From: Poseidonia sp.
Lineage (GTDB): Archaea > Thermoplasmatota > Poseidoniia > Poseidoniales > Poseidoniaceae
Direction of reading: 5' to 3'
Length of the DNA: 64,000 nucleotides
Assembly (NCBI GenBank): GCA_030829545.1
Contig: JAURAI010000009.1
Coordinates: 1,041-65,040 of the forward strand
Shown: one piece after another, positions 1-9,502 of the stretch
Layout: each line of letters opens with the position of its first letter
Position numbering within the stretch: position 1 is the first letter of the stretch
Position numbers and translations under genes: made by a program
Notes under the pieces: generated by a model
The model's input: the letters and a program-made list of their open reading frames with translations, nothing else
Told to the model about the DNA's origin: nothing
Databases searched by the model: none

Positions 1-203
1 ATATTGAGTTCTTCGCTCATGTAATCAGCAAGACGTTGAGGGTTTTCATCGACGTTGGTATAATCATCTTTGATGCTGTAAGCAATGACAAAATCTTCTA
101 AATTTGGGCTTTCATTCTCGTCTTCTGAACCAAGACAACCCGCAAGGGATGCTGTGGCGATTAAAAATACGAGTATCGTTGATTTCAAAGTTCGTGTTTT
201 CAT
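1..203 (-). CDS. ABC transporter substrate-binding lipoprotein, PhnD/phosphate-phosphonate-like (5' part only; runs off the window)
   Basis: Not in the ORF track. Manual translation from the ATG at 203 gives MKTRTLKSTILVFLIATASLAGCLGSEDENESPNLEDFVIAYSIKDDYTNVDENPQRLADYMSEELN: signal peptide, LAGC lipobox, and an 'L.DY.SE.L' helix typical of PhnD-like binding proteins. Confidence 0.65.
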   Translation of the reverse strand, partial: MKTRTLKSTILVFLIATASLAGCLGSEDENESPNLEDFVIAYSIKDDYTNVDENPQRLADYMSEELN

Positions 204-218
204 GCTAGGACCTACCGG

Positions 219-268
219 TTTAGGCCGCCCTAAAAGTAACCCACTTATAGGTTTTCGTATGCCCTAAA
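219..268. promoter_or_regulatory. Two DtxR/MntR/TroR-type operator boxes flanking a TATA-like element
   Basis: Perfect palindrome TTTAGG-CCGC-CCTAAA at 219-234 and an imperfect copy TTTCGT-ATGC-CCTAAA at 253-268. Minus-strand CCTATAAG (244-251) lies between them. Confidence 0.6.
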
Positions 269-313
269 AATAGGTAAAAGTGCCCTTCACGCCCTGAAAA
301 CAACTTTTGCGGA

Positions 314-386
314 TAGTCCCTCCCGGATTTGAACCGAGGTCGGAGGAACCAGAATCCTCCATGATGGACCGCTACACTAAGGGACT
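314..386 (-). tRNA. tRNA-Gln(CTG)
   Basis: Reverse complement AGTCCCTTAGTGTAGCGGTCCATCATGGAGGATTCTGGTTCCTCCGACCTCGGTTCAAATCCGGGAGGGACTA folds as a cloverleaf; anticodon CTG; T-loop GTTCAAATC; CCA not encoded. Confidence 0.95.
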
Positions 387-438
387 CTCAACGAGCCCAA
401 GAGCGTGGCCTTCTTGAAATCAGCGGTGGCAGGTGAAC

Positions 439-633
439 TCAAATCGTTGCGAAGCGAGCCAAACCTTTGGAAACCCAAGAAAGCATCATGATGATCATAA
501 ATGAGGCAAGAGCATATTTTGCCCAAGGCCGAGTTGGTTTCGTTTCTGGCCACAGATCAATACCGAGAGCTTCAGCCTGTTCAATCAATTCCGCCATTTC
601 AGCAAGATGATCTTCAACAGACTCATGAGCCAT
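439..633 (-). CDS. small membrane protein (one C-terminal TM helix)
   Basis: 64 aa with an acidic N-terminal helix and a hydrophobic C-terminal segment; promoter-like TTCAAATA at -30..-23. Confidence 0.65.
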   Translation of the reverse strand: MAHESVEDHLAEMAELIEQAEALGIDLWPETKPTRPWAKYALASFMIIMMLSWVSKGLARFATI

Positions 634-755
634 GGCACAGAATCAAATGCCGATTTATTTGAATGCGTCGCAGGAAGGGAACCAGAGCATTGCATTCCTC
701 ACAACCATCGTTCAGTGACACAAGTCTTTGAAAGGGCCAGCATCAAGCGGCATGT

Positions 756-2267
756 ATGAGTGAAGTCCCAGAAGGCATGATTGTGCCCAATCGAGGACGT
801 GGCCAAGCCCGGCCAACAGCGACCATGACACTCACTCGGGACGGTCCAAACGGGGTTGAAGTGCTGCTTGGCTTGCGCTCACAAACCATGAGAGCCTTTC
901 CAAATTACTGGGCCTTCCCGGGCGGAGGGGTATCGCGAGTTGACAAAGAAGCCGTTGAAGTACTGAACCAACTTGAGGGGCCTGAGGCTACAACGGTCGC
1001 CTGTATTCTACGAGAAATGAGCGAAGAGTTAGGTCTCACCATTACCGAGGACGGACTCCAACATCTTCCAGCCAAGGCTCGGGAAGACATCATTGAAGAC
1101 AAAACGAAGTGGCTCTTTCACGTCAAAAAGGGTACCTTTCCCATCCTTCGAAAGGGGATCAACGTACTCAGCCATCGCATTACTCCACCTTTTGGACCGG
1201 TTCAATTTGACAATGCATTTCTGCACCTGCATGCTGGCGATGCAGACACTGTACCTGAGATTGACTTGGAACCACAGACTGAATTCACTGAAATCATGTG
1301 GGCCGAACCACTTCAAATCATTCAACGCTGGAAAAACCACGAAATTAAGGTCGCACCGCCTGTTGTCACCTTGCTGATGGAGATTGAACGCACGCTTGAC
1401 CGGTTCCAACGAGACATGGAAAAGGCGGCTGATGACATTGCTCAACGTCGTCCGGGAAGGCGTTCCATCCTGTTTGCACACGGTGTCGAGGTCGTTCCCA
1501 TCAAGACCGCTACTTTACCACCTGCAGACCACACCAATTGCTATCTTGTGGGTGACCCAGAGGGCGGATTTATTCTCGTTGACCCCGCTGTGAGGATGCG
1601 AGAAGACATGGAAGTCTTGGCTACGGCTGTTGAACGCCATCTTGGTTCGCTTCAAGCAATTCTTTTCACCCATAGCCACAGCGATCACGTAGCGGATATG
1701 TCGCTCCTAAGGGAAGCCTTTGACGCCCCTATCTGGGGCAGCGAGTACACCAACAAGAGCCTGCCATGCGACCGGATTCTTTCCGACGGTGAAGAATTAC
1801 AACTTGGTGAACAGAAGTGGACGGTTCTCATCACACCAGGCCATCACCCTGGTCATGTCTGTTTGGTGAGCGAAGCAGGTTTGGTGGCGGGCGACATGGT
1901 GGCTGGCATTGGCACCATCCTCATCCCGCCGGGTACTGGCGACATGACCGCCTACATTCAACAACTTGAACGATTGAAGAATATGAACCCTCATCTGATT
2001 TTCCCCAGTCATGGCCCTGTCGTCGCCATGCCTCAGCGTTTGATTCAACACTACATTGACCATCGAAAAGCACGGCATGAGCGAGTGGCTACAGCAGTCC
2101 AAGAAGGCAAGCAAGGACTTGAGGAAATTGCAGCAGCCGCCTACGCAGACACACCCGATGCTCATCCAGGTTTGGCCGTTGACCAGACCCTCTCACACTT
2201 GGTTGCCCTTGAACGTGAAGGCCGCGTTGAGAAGCGTGCTGATGGCTGGCGAATGGAGGTTGAATAA
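756..2267 (+). CDS. NUDIX hydrolase / metallo-beta-lactamase-fold (LACTB2-like) fusion
   Basis: N-terminal FPGG...REMSEELG NUDIX box with RITPP..FDNAF; C-terminal THSHSDH, PGHHPGH, GD and PSHG MBL motifs and a wHTH-like tail. Confidence 0.85.
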   Translation: MSEVPEGMIVPNRGRGQARPTATMTLTRDGPNGVEVLLGLRSQTMRAFPNYWAFPGGGVSRVDKEAVEVLNQLEGPEATTVACILREMSEELGLTITEDGLQHLPAKAREDIIEDKTKWLFHVKKGTFPILRKGINVLSHRITPPFGPVQFDNAFLHLHAGDADTVPEIDLEPQTEFTEIMWAEPLQIIQRWKNHEIKVAPPVVTLLMEIERTLDRFQRDMEKAADDIAQRRPGRRSILFAHGVEVVPIKTATLPPADHTNCYLVGDPEGGFILVDPAVRMREDMEVLATAVERHLGSLQAILFTHSHSDHVADMSLLREAFDAPIWGSEYTNKSLPCDRILSDGEELQLGEQKWTVLITPGHHPGHVCLVSEAGLVAGDMVAGIGTILIPPGTGDMTAYIQQLERLKNMNPHLIFPSHGPVVAMPQRLIQHYIDHRKARHERVATAVQEGKQGLEEIAAAAYADTPDAHPGLAVDQTLSHLVALEREGRVEKRADGWRMEVE

Positions 2268-3296
2268 ATGGGAAAGCGTGTTGTCATTCAGAAAGCTGGC
2301 GGAGTCAAAACAGTTACCACTCAACCCATGGAGAAACCAACACCAGCGGCAGATGAAGTTTGTATCAAGGTCGCATATGCTGGGATCAATTTTGCTGACC
2401 TCTTGATGCGAATGGGCTTCTACAATCCTCGGCCCCCTTACCCGTTCACGCCCGGATATGAAGTGAGCGGAGTGATCGACGAAGTCGGAAGTGAAGTCAC
2501 GGGTCTTGTACCAGGCCTTCGCGTGGTCGCAGCCATGCGAAACGGTGGTCAAGCAAGTTACGTTATCGCTCGCCCTGAACGAGTGCTGGTACTCCCCGAT
2601 TCTATTTCCTTGAAAACAGCGGCTGCAACACCTGTAACCTACCTTACAGCCCATCACATGTTGCACCACCTCGGCCATCTCAAGGCTGATGATCGTGTGC
2701 TTATTCATGGTGGAGCAGGAGGCGTGGGGACTGCTGCACTGCAACTCTGCCAGTGGGCAGGAGTCTCAAAGGTCTGGGCAACATCCTCCAAACCCAAACA
2801 TCACATCATCACAAAGTATGGCGCTCGTCCTATCGATCGACATAAAGAAGATTTTGTGGCCATCATCAACAATGAAACTCAGGGCAAAGGCGTGGACCAC
2901 ATTCTCGACCCGATTGGTGGTGAGCATCTCAAAAAGAGCCTCTCATCGCTTGCAGAAGGAGGACGCCTGTACACCTATGGCTTGTCTGCTGCGGCCCCTT
3001 CTGGAAAACGGTCCCTCCTGAAAGCCATGCTCGCTTTGAGAAAGAGCCCTCGCTTTGACCCCCTTCGACTCATGTCACGGAATCGAGGGGTCTTCGGCGT
3101 CCACATGGGTACGTGGGCCAATGAAGTCGTGATGCAGGAACAACTCAATAGAATTCTCGAGGGCATCCAGGAAGGTCGTCTCGAACCCATCATCGACTCG
3201 GTATTCCCTGCCGAGAAGGTCCAAGAAGCGCATCAATACATCCACGATGCGAAAAATATTGGAAAGGTTCTCTTGGAATTTGAAGCATCACCCTAA
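2268..3296 (+). CDS. NADPH-dependent MDR/quinone oxidoreductase (VAT-1-like)
   Basis: GINFAD, PGYEVSG, HGGAGGVG and NIGKVLL motifs; abuts the upstream stop codon. Confidence 0.85.
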   Translation: MGKRVVIQKAGGVKTVTTQPMEKPTPAADEVCIKVAYAGINFADLLMRMGFYNPRPPYPFTPGYEVSGVIDEVGSEVTGLVPGLRVVAAMRNGGQASYVIARPERVLVLPDSISLKTAAATPVTYLTAHHMLHHLGHLKADDRVLIHGGAGGVGTAALQLCQWAGVSKVWATSSKPKHHIITKYGARPIDRHKEDFVAIINNETQGKGVDHILDPIGGEHLKKSLSSLAEGGRLYTYGLSAAAPSGKRSLLKAMLALRKSPRFDPLRLMSRNRGVFGVHMGTWANEVVMQEQLNRILEGIQEGRLEPIIDSVFPAEKVQEAHQYIHDAKNIGKVLLEFEASP

Positions 3297-3340
3297 TGCC
3301 TAATGAACCGTGGGGGACATATCTGTACTGAGGGTGTCCC

Positions 3341-5500
3341 ATGAAGAAAGCGATGTCCGGGTTTGACCTACGTGCCATGGCCCGCGAACTTGACGCTCTC
3401 AAGGGAGCCTATGTCAAGAAGGCCTACATGCCGCATTATGAGCAAATCGTTCTGCGCGTGAATCCAAAGGGAGAGGATCAACGAGACCTTGTCTTCGTGC
3501 GAGGCGAACGCATCTACACCGCCAAGCGTGACCGGCCCATGCCCATGACGCCTCCTCCCTTCGCCATGGTACTGCGCAAACATCTTCGGAATGCAAGATT
3601 GACAGGAGTGACACAGGTTGGTTTTGACCGTGTCTTGGCATTTTCCTTCGATACCAAGGATGGAGAGCGTACGCTCTTCGTCGAGGTGTTCCGGGACGGC
3701 AACATCATCCTTGTCGATGAAGAGAAGACGATTATTCAACCCCTTACCCATGCATCTTACGCTGGTCGTACCTTGAAGAAAGGGGTCACGTATACGCCGC
3801 CCCCTGCTGCTATGAATCCCTACAACCTCACCAAAGAGGACCTCGAAGAAATTCTAACCAACTCAGACAGAGATTTGGTCTCAACCTTGGGCGGAAAAGT
3901 AAATCTTGGAGGGACTCATGCAAATGCCGTTTGTTCATTGGCGAACATGGAGCCGAATTCACCACCAGAAGAGGCTGATGTGCAAGCGGTGTATGACGCT
4001 TTGAATACGCTCCTCACCGACCTTGACTCGGCTGAAGAGGCTTTTCTGATCTTGCGTTTCAATGATGAAGACAAGGCTGGCTGGGAGGAACAAATCGCCT
4101 CGATGGAAGTCGCAAGCAAGGAACAATGGTTGGCTGAGAGAGCCGTGGAAGCAACCCCCATTCTTCTACCCCAGCATGCTGAATCACCCCGAGTAAGTTT
4201 CAATTCACTTTGCGAATGCATTGACATTTGGAAGGGTGCACACGATGCTCATGCCCTCCAACGAAGAGAGGAAGAGCGTTTTGAACAGGCGGGCCCGGGA
4301 CGTGGGCAATCAACAGAAGTTGAACGACTTGAACGCCGTAAAGCACAGCAAGAGAAGGCCTTGGCGGGCTTCTCAACCAAAATTGAGAAGCAACAACGTC
4401 TCGGCCACCAGATTCAGGAGCATTGGACTCATGTTGAAACCCTGCTCAAACAGACTGCAGAAGCCGTTGAACGAAATGGATGGCCAGCCGTGAAAAAGGC
4501 AAGCAAGGACATTGCATGGATTGTCAGCCTGAATCCAGCTGAACGTCAATTCACCGTTCTTTTACCAGATGATGAAGGACAAGCCAAGGGCCCTCAGGTT
4601 CTCTTGGAACTTGATGCGAGCGTCCATCAGAATGCTCAACGATATTTCGAGGCAGCACGAAAGCAAAAGAACAAGACATCGGGTGCTGTTCTTGCTCTTG
4701 AAGAAACAGAACTTCAATTGAAACGTGCTCGGAAGAAGGAAGACAAGCAGCGAGCAAGTGGTAAATTGAATCGGCTGAAGCGAAGCAAGCGAATGTGGTT
4801 TGAACAACATCGCTGGGCCATGATTCCTGGAGGACATCTGCTGATCGGTGGAAAGGATGCAAAGGGCAACGATACCGTTGTGAAAAAGCACCTCTCTGGT
4901 GACGATATGTACCTTCACGCCGATTTACATGGTGCACCATCGTGTAGCTTGCGCGCCGCAACTGGCTTCGCCTTGGAAGAACGCAGGCCGTCTCATCTCC
5001 CCGCCGATATTCCTGCCTACAGACTGGTCGACAAATTGGAGGCCTCGCCCTTGAATGAAACCAAGCTGAATGATGCAGCCATGATGGCCTTGGCATGGAG
5101 CCGTGCTTGGAACAGTGGAGGCTCTCATGGAACGGTCTATAGCGTCAAGCCTGCTCAGGTTTCAAAGAGTGCACAGACCGGTGAATTTGTAGGAAAAGGT
5201 GCATTTGTCATTCGTGGTCAACGTACGTGGTACAAGGATTTGGACCTACGGCTTGGCATTGGTATCGTGGCAATCAACGGCGTTCCAATGATGCTTACCA
5301 GTACACCGGGACACATCAAAGAGATATGCCAACGCTATGCCATCCTGAGTCCAGGTTTAACAAAGAAAGACAGATTAGCCAATCAAATTTACAAAAATAC
5401 TGGACTATCAACCGATGATCTGCAAGCCATTTTACCGGGTGCATGCGATGTTCTTGAGGAACAAGGAATCCTTACAGCACCACATTCCGAAGAGGAATAG
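3341..5500 (+). CDS. rqcH: ribosome rescue protein RqcH (Rqc2/NFACT family)
   Basis: KKAMSGFDL N-terminus, PPPFAMVLRKHL, FDR and GNIILVD motifs, coiled coil, NAQRYF, GGKDA..ND, HADLHGAPS and VSKSA..GEF..KGAFVIRG. Confidence 0.92.
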   Translation: MKKAMSGFDLRAMARELDALKGAYVKKAYMPHYEQIVLRVNPKGEDQRDLVFVRGERIYTAKRDRPMPMTPPPFAMVLRKHLRNARLTGVTQVGFDRVLAFSFDTKDGERTLFVEVFRDGNIILVDEEKTIIQPLTHASYAGRTLKKGVTYTPPPAAMNPYNLTKEDLEEILTNSDRDLVSTLGGKVNLGGTHANAVCSLANMEPNSPPEEADVQAVYDALNTLLTDLDSAEEAFLILRFNDEDKAGWEEQIASMEVASKEQWLAERAVEATPILLPQHAESPRVSFNSLCECIDIWKGAHDAHALQRREEERFEQAGPGRGQSTEVERLERRKAQQEKALAGFSTKIEKQQRLGHQIQEHWTHVETLLKQTAEAVERNGWPAVKKASKDIAWIVSLNPAERQFTVLLPDDEGQAKGPQVLLELDASVHQNAQRYFEAARKQKNKTSGAVLALEETELQLKRARKKEDKQRASGKLNRLKRSKRMWFEQHRWAMIPGGHLLIGGKDAKGNDTVVKKHLSGDDMYLHADLHGAPSCSLRAATGFALEERRPSHLPADIPAYRLVDKLEASPLNETKLNDAAMMALAWSRAWNSGGSHGTVYSVKPAQVSKSAQTGEFVGKGAFVIRGQRTWYKDLDLRLGIGIVAINGVPMMLTSTPGHIKEICQRYAILSPGLTKKDRLANQIYKNTGLSTDDLQAILPGACDVLEEQGILTAPHSEEE

Positions 5501-5517
5501 TTGGCTAAAAACCGGTA

Positions 5518-7020
<1,503 letters not shown>

Positions 7021-7081
7021 AGGATTCCCTCATGTTTGGCCGCCTTCCGACCCTATTTAGCATGAACCGTGCTGAGGTGGC

Positions 7082-7100
7082 TACCAAGGGTCACCTTGAA
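7082..7100. repeat. left arm of a 19-bp inverted repeat flanking the thiolase gene
   Basis: TACCAAGGGTCACCTTGAA; its reverse complement matches 8324-8342 at 18/19 positions. Confidence 0.75.
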
Positions 7101-7101
7101 C

Positions 7102-8298
7102 TCATGCTGAACTGCGCACGTACATGGCCACAGCATTCCCTCCACCGAGGCAGAGGGTGACGATACCGGATTGTGCTTCAAGCCGGCGCATGACGCCGAG
7201 GAGTGTGATCAAACAGCGAGTTCCACTTGCCCCCAGCGGGTGACCAAGGCTTACAGCACCACCGTGAAGATTGAACCGGTCGTCTGGAATCCCAACTTCT
7301 TGGGCCACAGCACACGATGCGGAAGCAAAGGCCTCGTTGTGTTCATAGACATCAACGTCCAATACGCCAAGTCCATTTCGCTCAAGAAGTGCCTGAACTG
7401 CGGGGATCGGAGCACTCATGACTCGGTGAGGCTCAACACCTGAAGTGCAGTAATCCTCTATGGTGGCAATGATGGTCCAACCTTGCTCAAGGGCGTAGGA
7501 TTCTTCGGCAATCAACACTGCACTTGCGCCGTCGTTGAGGGTGCTTGCATTTCCGGCGGTGACTGCTCCCTTCTTATCGAAGGCGGGGCGAAGTCCCGAG
7601 AGGGATTCCATCGTCGTCGAGGGGCGAATGCCCTCATCAGAGCCAAACATGATGGGGTCGGCTCGTCGCTGAGGGACTTCGATTGCAAAGGTTTCCCAAT
7701 CAAACCAACCGTTGTCCCAAGCTGCAGAAGCACGCTGCTGGCTTCGTAGAGCATATGCATCCATCGTTTCGCGTGAAATGTTGCATTCTTGAGCCACCGT
7801 CTCTCCAGTGGTCCCCATGTGGACGTCGTTGTAGACATCCCACAATCCGTCATGAATCATTGAATCAACAAGGGTTGAATTGCCCATCTTTGCTCCAGTT
7901 CGTTGCCCCATGAGTAATTGCGGAGCATTGCTCATGCTCTCCATGCCACCCGCAATGATGGCCTTGTATTCACCTGCACGTATGCTGTTTGCAGCCATCA
8001 TGGCTGCTTTGAGAGAAGAACCGCAAACTTTGTTGATGGTTGCACAAGGAATCGAGACCGGTAAGCCCGCTCCAAGAGCGACTTGGCGGGCAGGGTTCTG
8101 TCCCGAACCCGCTTGCAATACCTGGCCAAAGATTACCTCATCAATCACACCTGAGGAGGGTTCTATGTCCATCCTTGCCAGCAATTCCTTAACCGTCAAG
8201 ACGCCCAAATCCACTGCGCTGAACGAAGAGAGCGTACCAAGGAATTTTCCGATTGGCGTTCGAGCAACACCGCAGATCACCGCTTTTGGCTGGGACAT
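7102..8298 (-). CDS. acetyl-CoA C-acyltransferase (thiolase)
   Basis: INKVCGSS, NASTLNDGA, NEAFA, GHPLGASG and LCLGGG motifs. Start placed at MSQPKAV, with promoter motif CTTGAAGG at -31..-24. Confidence 0.93.
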   Translation of the reverse strand: MSQPKAVICGVARTPIGKFLGTLSSFSAVDLGVLTVKELLARMDIEPSSGVIDEVIFGQVLQAGSGQNPARQVALGAGLPVSIPCATINKVCGSSLKAAMMAANSIRAGEYKAIIAGGMESMSNAPQLLMGQRTGAKMGNSTLVDSMIHDGLWDVYNDVHMGTTGETVAQECNISRETMDAYALRSQQRASAAWDNGWFDWETFAIEVPQRRADPIMFGSDEGIRPSTTMESLSGLRPAFDKKGAVTAGNASTLNDGASAVLIAEESYALEQGWTIIATIEDYCTSGVEPHRVMSAPIPAVQALLERNGLGVLDVDVYEHNEAFASASCAVAQEVGIPDDRFNLHGGAVSLGHPLGASGTRCLITLLGVMRRLEAQSGIVTLCLGGGNAVAMYVRSSA

Positions 8299-8323
8299 GA
8301 CCAACGCCAGCATGATGGATGCC

Positions 8324-8342
8324 TTCAAGGTGACCGTTGGTA
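8324..8342. repeat. right arm of the 19-bp inverted repeat; overlaps the thiolase promoter motif
   Basis: TTCAAGGTGACCGTTGGTA. Confidence 0.75.
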
Positions 8343-8390
8343 AGAACGGAACTTGAGAAGGCTTGATGTGAGAGGCCTCGTGGCATGGCC

Positions 8391-9215
8391 ATGGCCAAGT
8401 TCAAAACCAATCTGGAACTCAATCGAAAACCTGACGAATTGCGAGATGTTGAAGTCACGCTTGACTTCACACCAAATGCCCTTGCATCGGTTCTTTACCG
8501 CCAAGGTAACACCGTTGTCCTCGCATGTTGCACCAAAGAAGCAAAACTACCTGGTTGGTTCCCGCGTGACGCCACCAAGGGATGGGTTCATGCCGAATAT
8601 TCCTTGTTGCCTGGTTCAACGGATTCTCGATTCCGTCGTGAGAGAAACGGTGCGAAGGGTCGAACACAAGAAATTGAGCGCCTGATTGCTCGCTCTCTGC
8701 GCGCAGCCGTAGATTTGGAAGCACTTGGACCCGTTGCGCTCAACGTGGACTGTGACGTTCTCAATGCAGACGGTGGTACCCGCTGCGCATCGATTACAGC
8801 GGCTAACATCGCGCTGCGCCTCGCCGTACGACGACTCATTGCATCAGGTGACTGCCTCCCCGTCGATCTTCGCCCTACCTTTGAGCAACGAAAAGAAGGC
8901 TGGGAGCCCCCATCAATGAGCGATGCTGAGCGCACCAACCACGAGAATGATGTCATTCGTCACGACCTCGCTGCTGTATCTGTAGGACTCATCGATGGAA
9001 ATGTTTACCTTGATTTGGATTACATCTTGGATTCAAATGCGGATGTTGACATGAATGTGATCAAAACCAGTGATGGCCGTTACGTTGAAATTCAAGGAAC
9101 CGGTGAAGAATCAACCTTTTCAGCAGAGGAATTGTCAGCCCTTCTTGCGTCTGCAGACGGCGGCATGGATTCTTTGTTCGTGCATCAACAACATGCCCTT
9201 GACGGAGCTGTTTGA
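8391..9215 (+). CDS. rph: ribonuclease PH (bacterial type)
   Basis: GWVHAEYSLLPGST..R..RE, GRTQEIERLIARSLR, ADGGTRCASI, DLDY..DS.ADVDMN and EIQGTGE motifs; alternative start at 8385. Confidence 0.92.
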   Translation: MAKFKTNLELNRKPDELRDVEVTLDFTPNALASVLYRQGNTVVLACCTKEAKLPGWFPRDATKGWVHAEYSLLPGSTDSRFRRERNGAKGRTQEIERLIARSLRAAVDLEALGPVALNVDCDVLNADGGTRCASITAANIALRLAVRRLIASGDCLPVDLRPTFEQRKEGWEPPSMSDAERTNHENDVIRHDLAAVSVGLIDGNVYLDLDYILDSNADVDMNVIKTSDGRYVEIQGTGEESTFSAEELSALLASADGGMDSLFVHQQHALDGAV

Positions 9216-9295
9216 TTCTTCAACGAATTGGGCATCTCGCCTTCACCATACCATCGGAAGGCTTGATATGGCGAGGGCGCTGGCAAGGCCTGCAC

Positions 9296-9371
9296 GGGTT
9301 AGTAGCTTAGTTGGGAGAGCGCGGCACTGAAGATGCCGAGGTCGCTGGTTCAAGTCCGGCCTAACCCACCA
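9296..9371 (+). tRNA. tRNA-Phe(GAA), CCA encoded
   Basis: GGGTTAGTAGCTTAGTTGGGAGAGCGCGGCACTGAAGATGCCGAGGTCGCTGGTTCAAGTCCGGCCTAACCCACCA; anticodon stem CGGCA/TGCCG; G37. Confidence 0.95.
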
Positions 9372-9502
9372 ACATCGCACATCCTACGAATGTATGCCCG
9401 TATGTTCGAGGGTTTTTGCATTCTATAGAATCGTATATTCGGAGGTAACTCTCATTGGCAAGAGGAAAAGGGTTCTTCAAGAAGTTGTGCTTTGCAGGTA
9501 AC

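Noticed and set aside
3313..3340. Hairpin GGGACA...TGTCCC just before the rqcH start
   Set aside because: Only 6-7 bp with a long loop, which is compatible with chance.
7082..8342. Inverted repeats read as IS/MITE ends or dif sites
   Set aside because: No transposase, no target-site duplication and no XerC/D-like arms; kept only as an unexplained inverted repeat.
9420..9431. 12-bp palindrome ATTCTATAGAAT downstream of tRNA-Phe
   Set aside because: Short, AT-rich and single-copy, with no supporting context.
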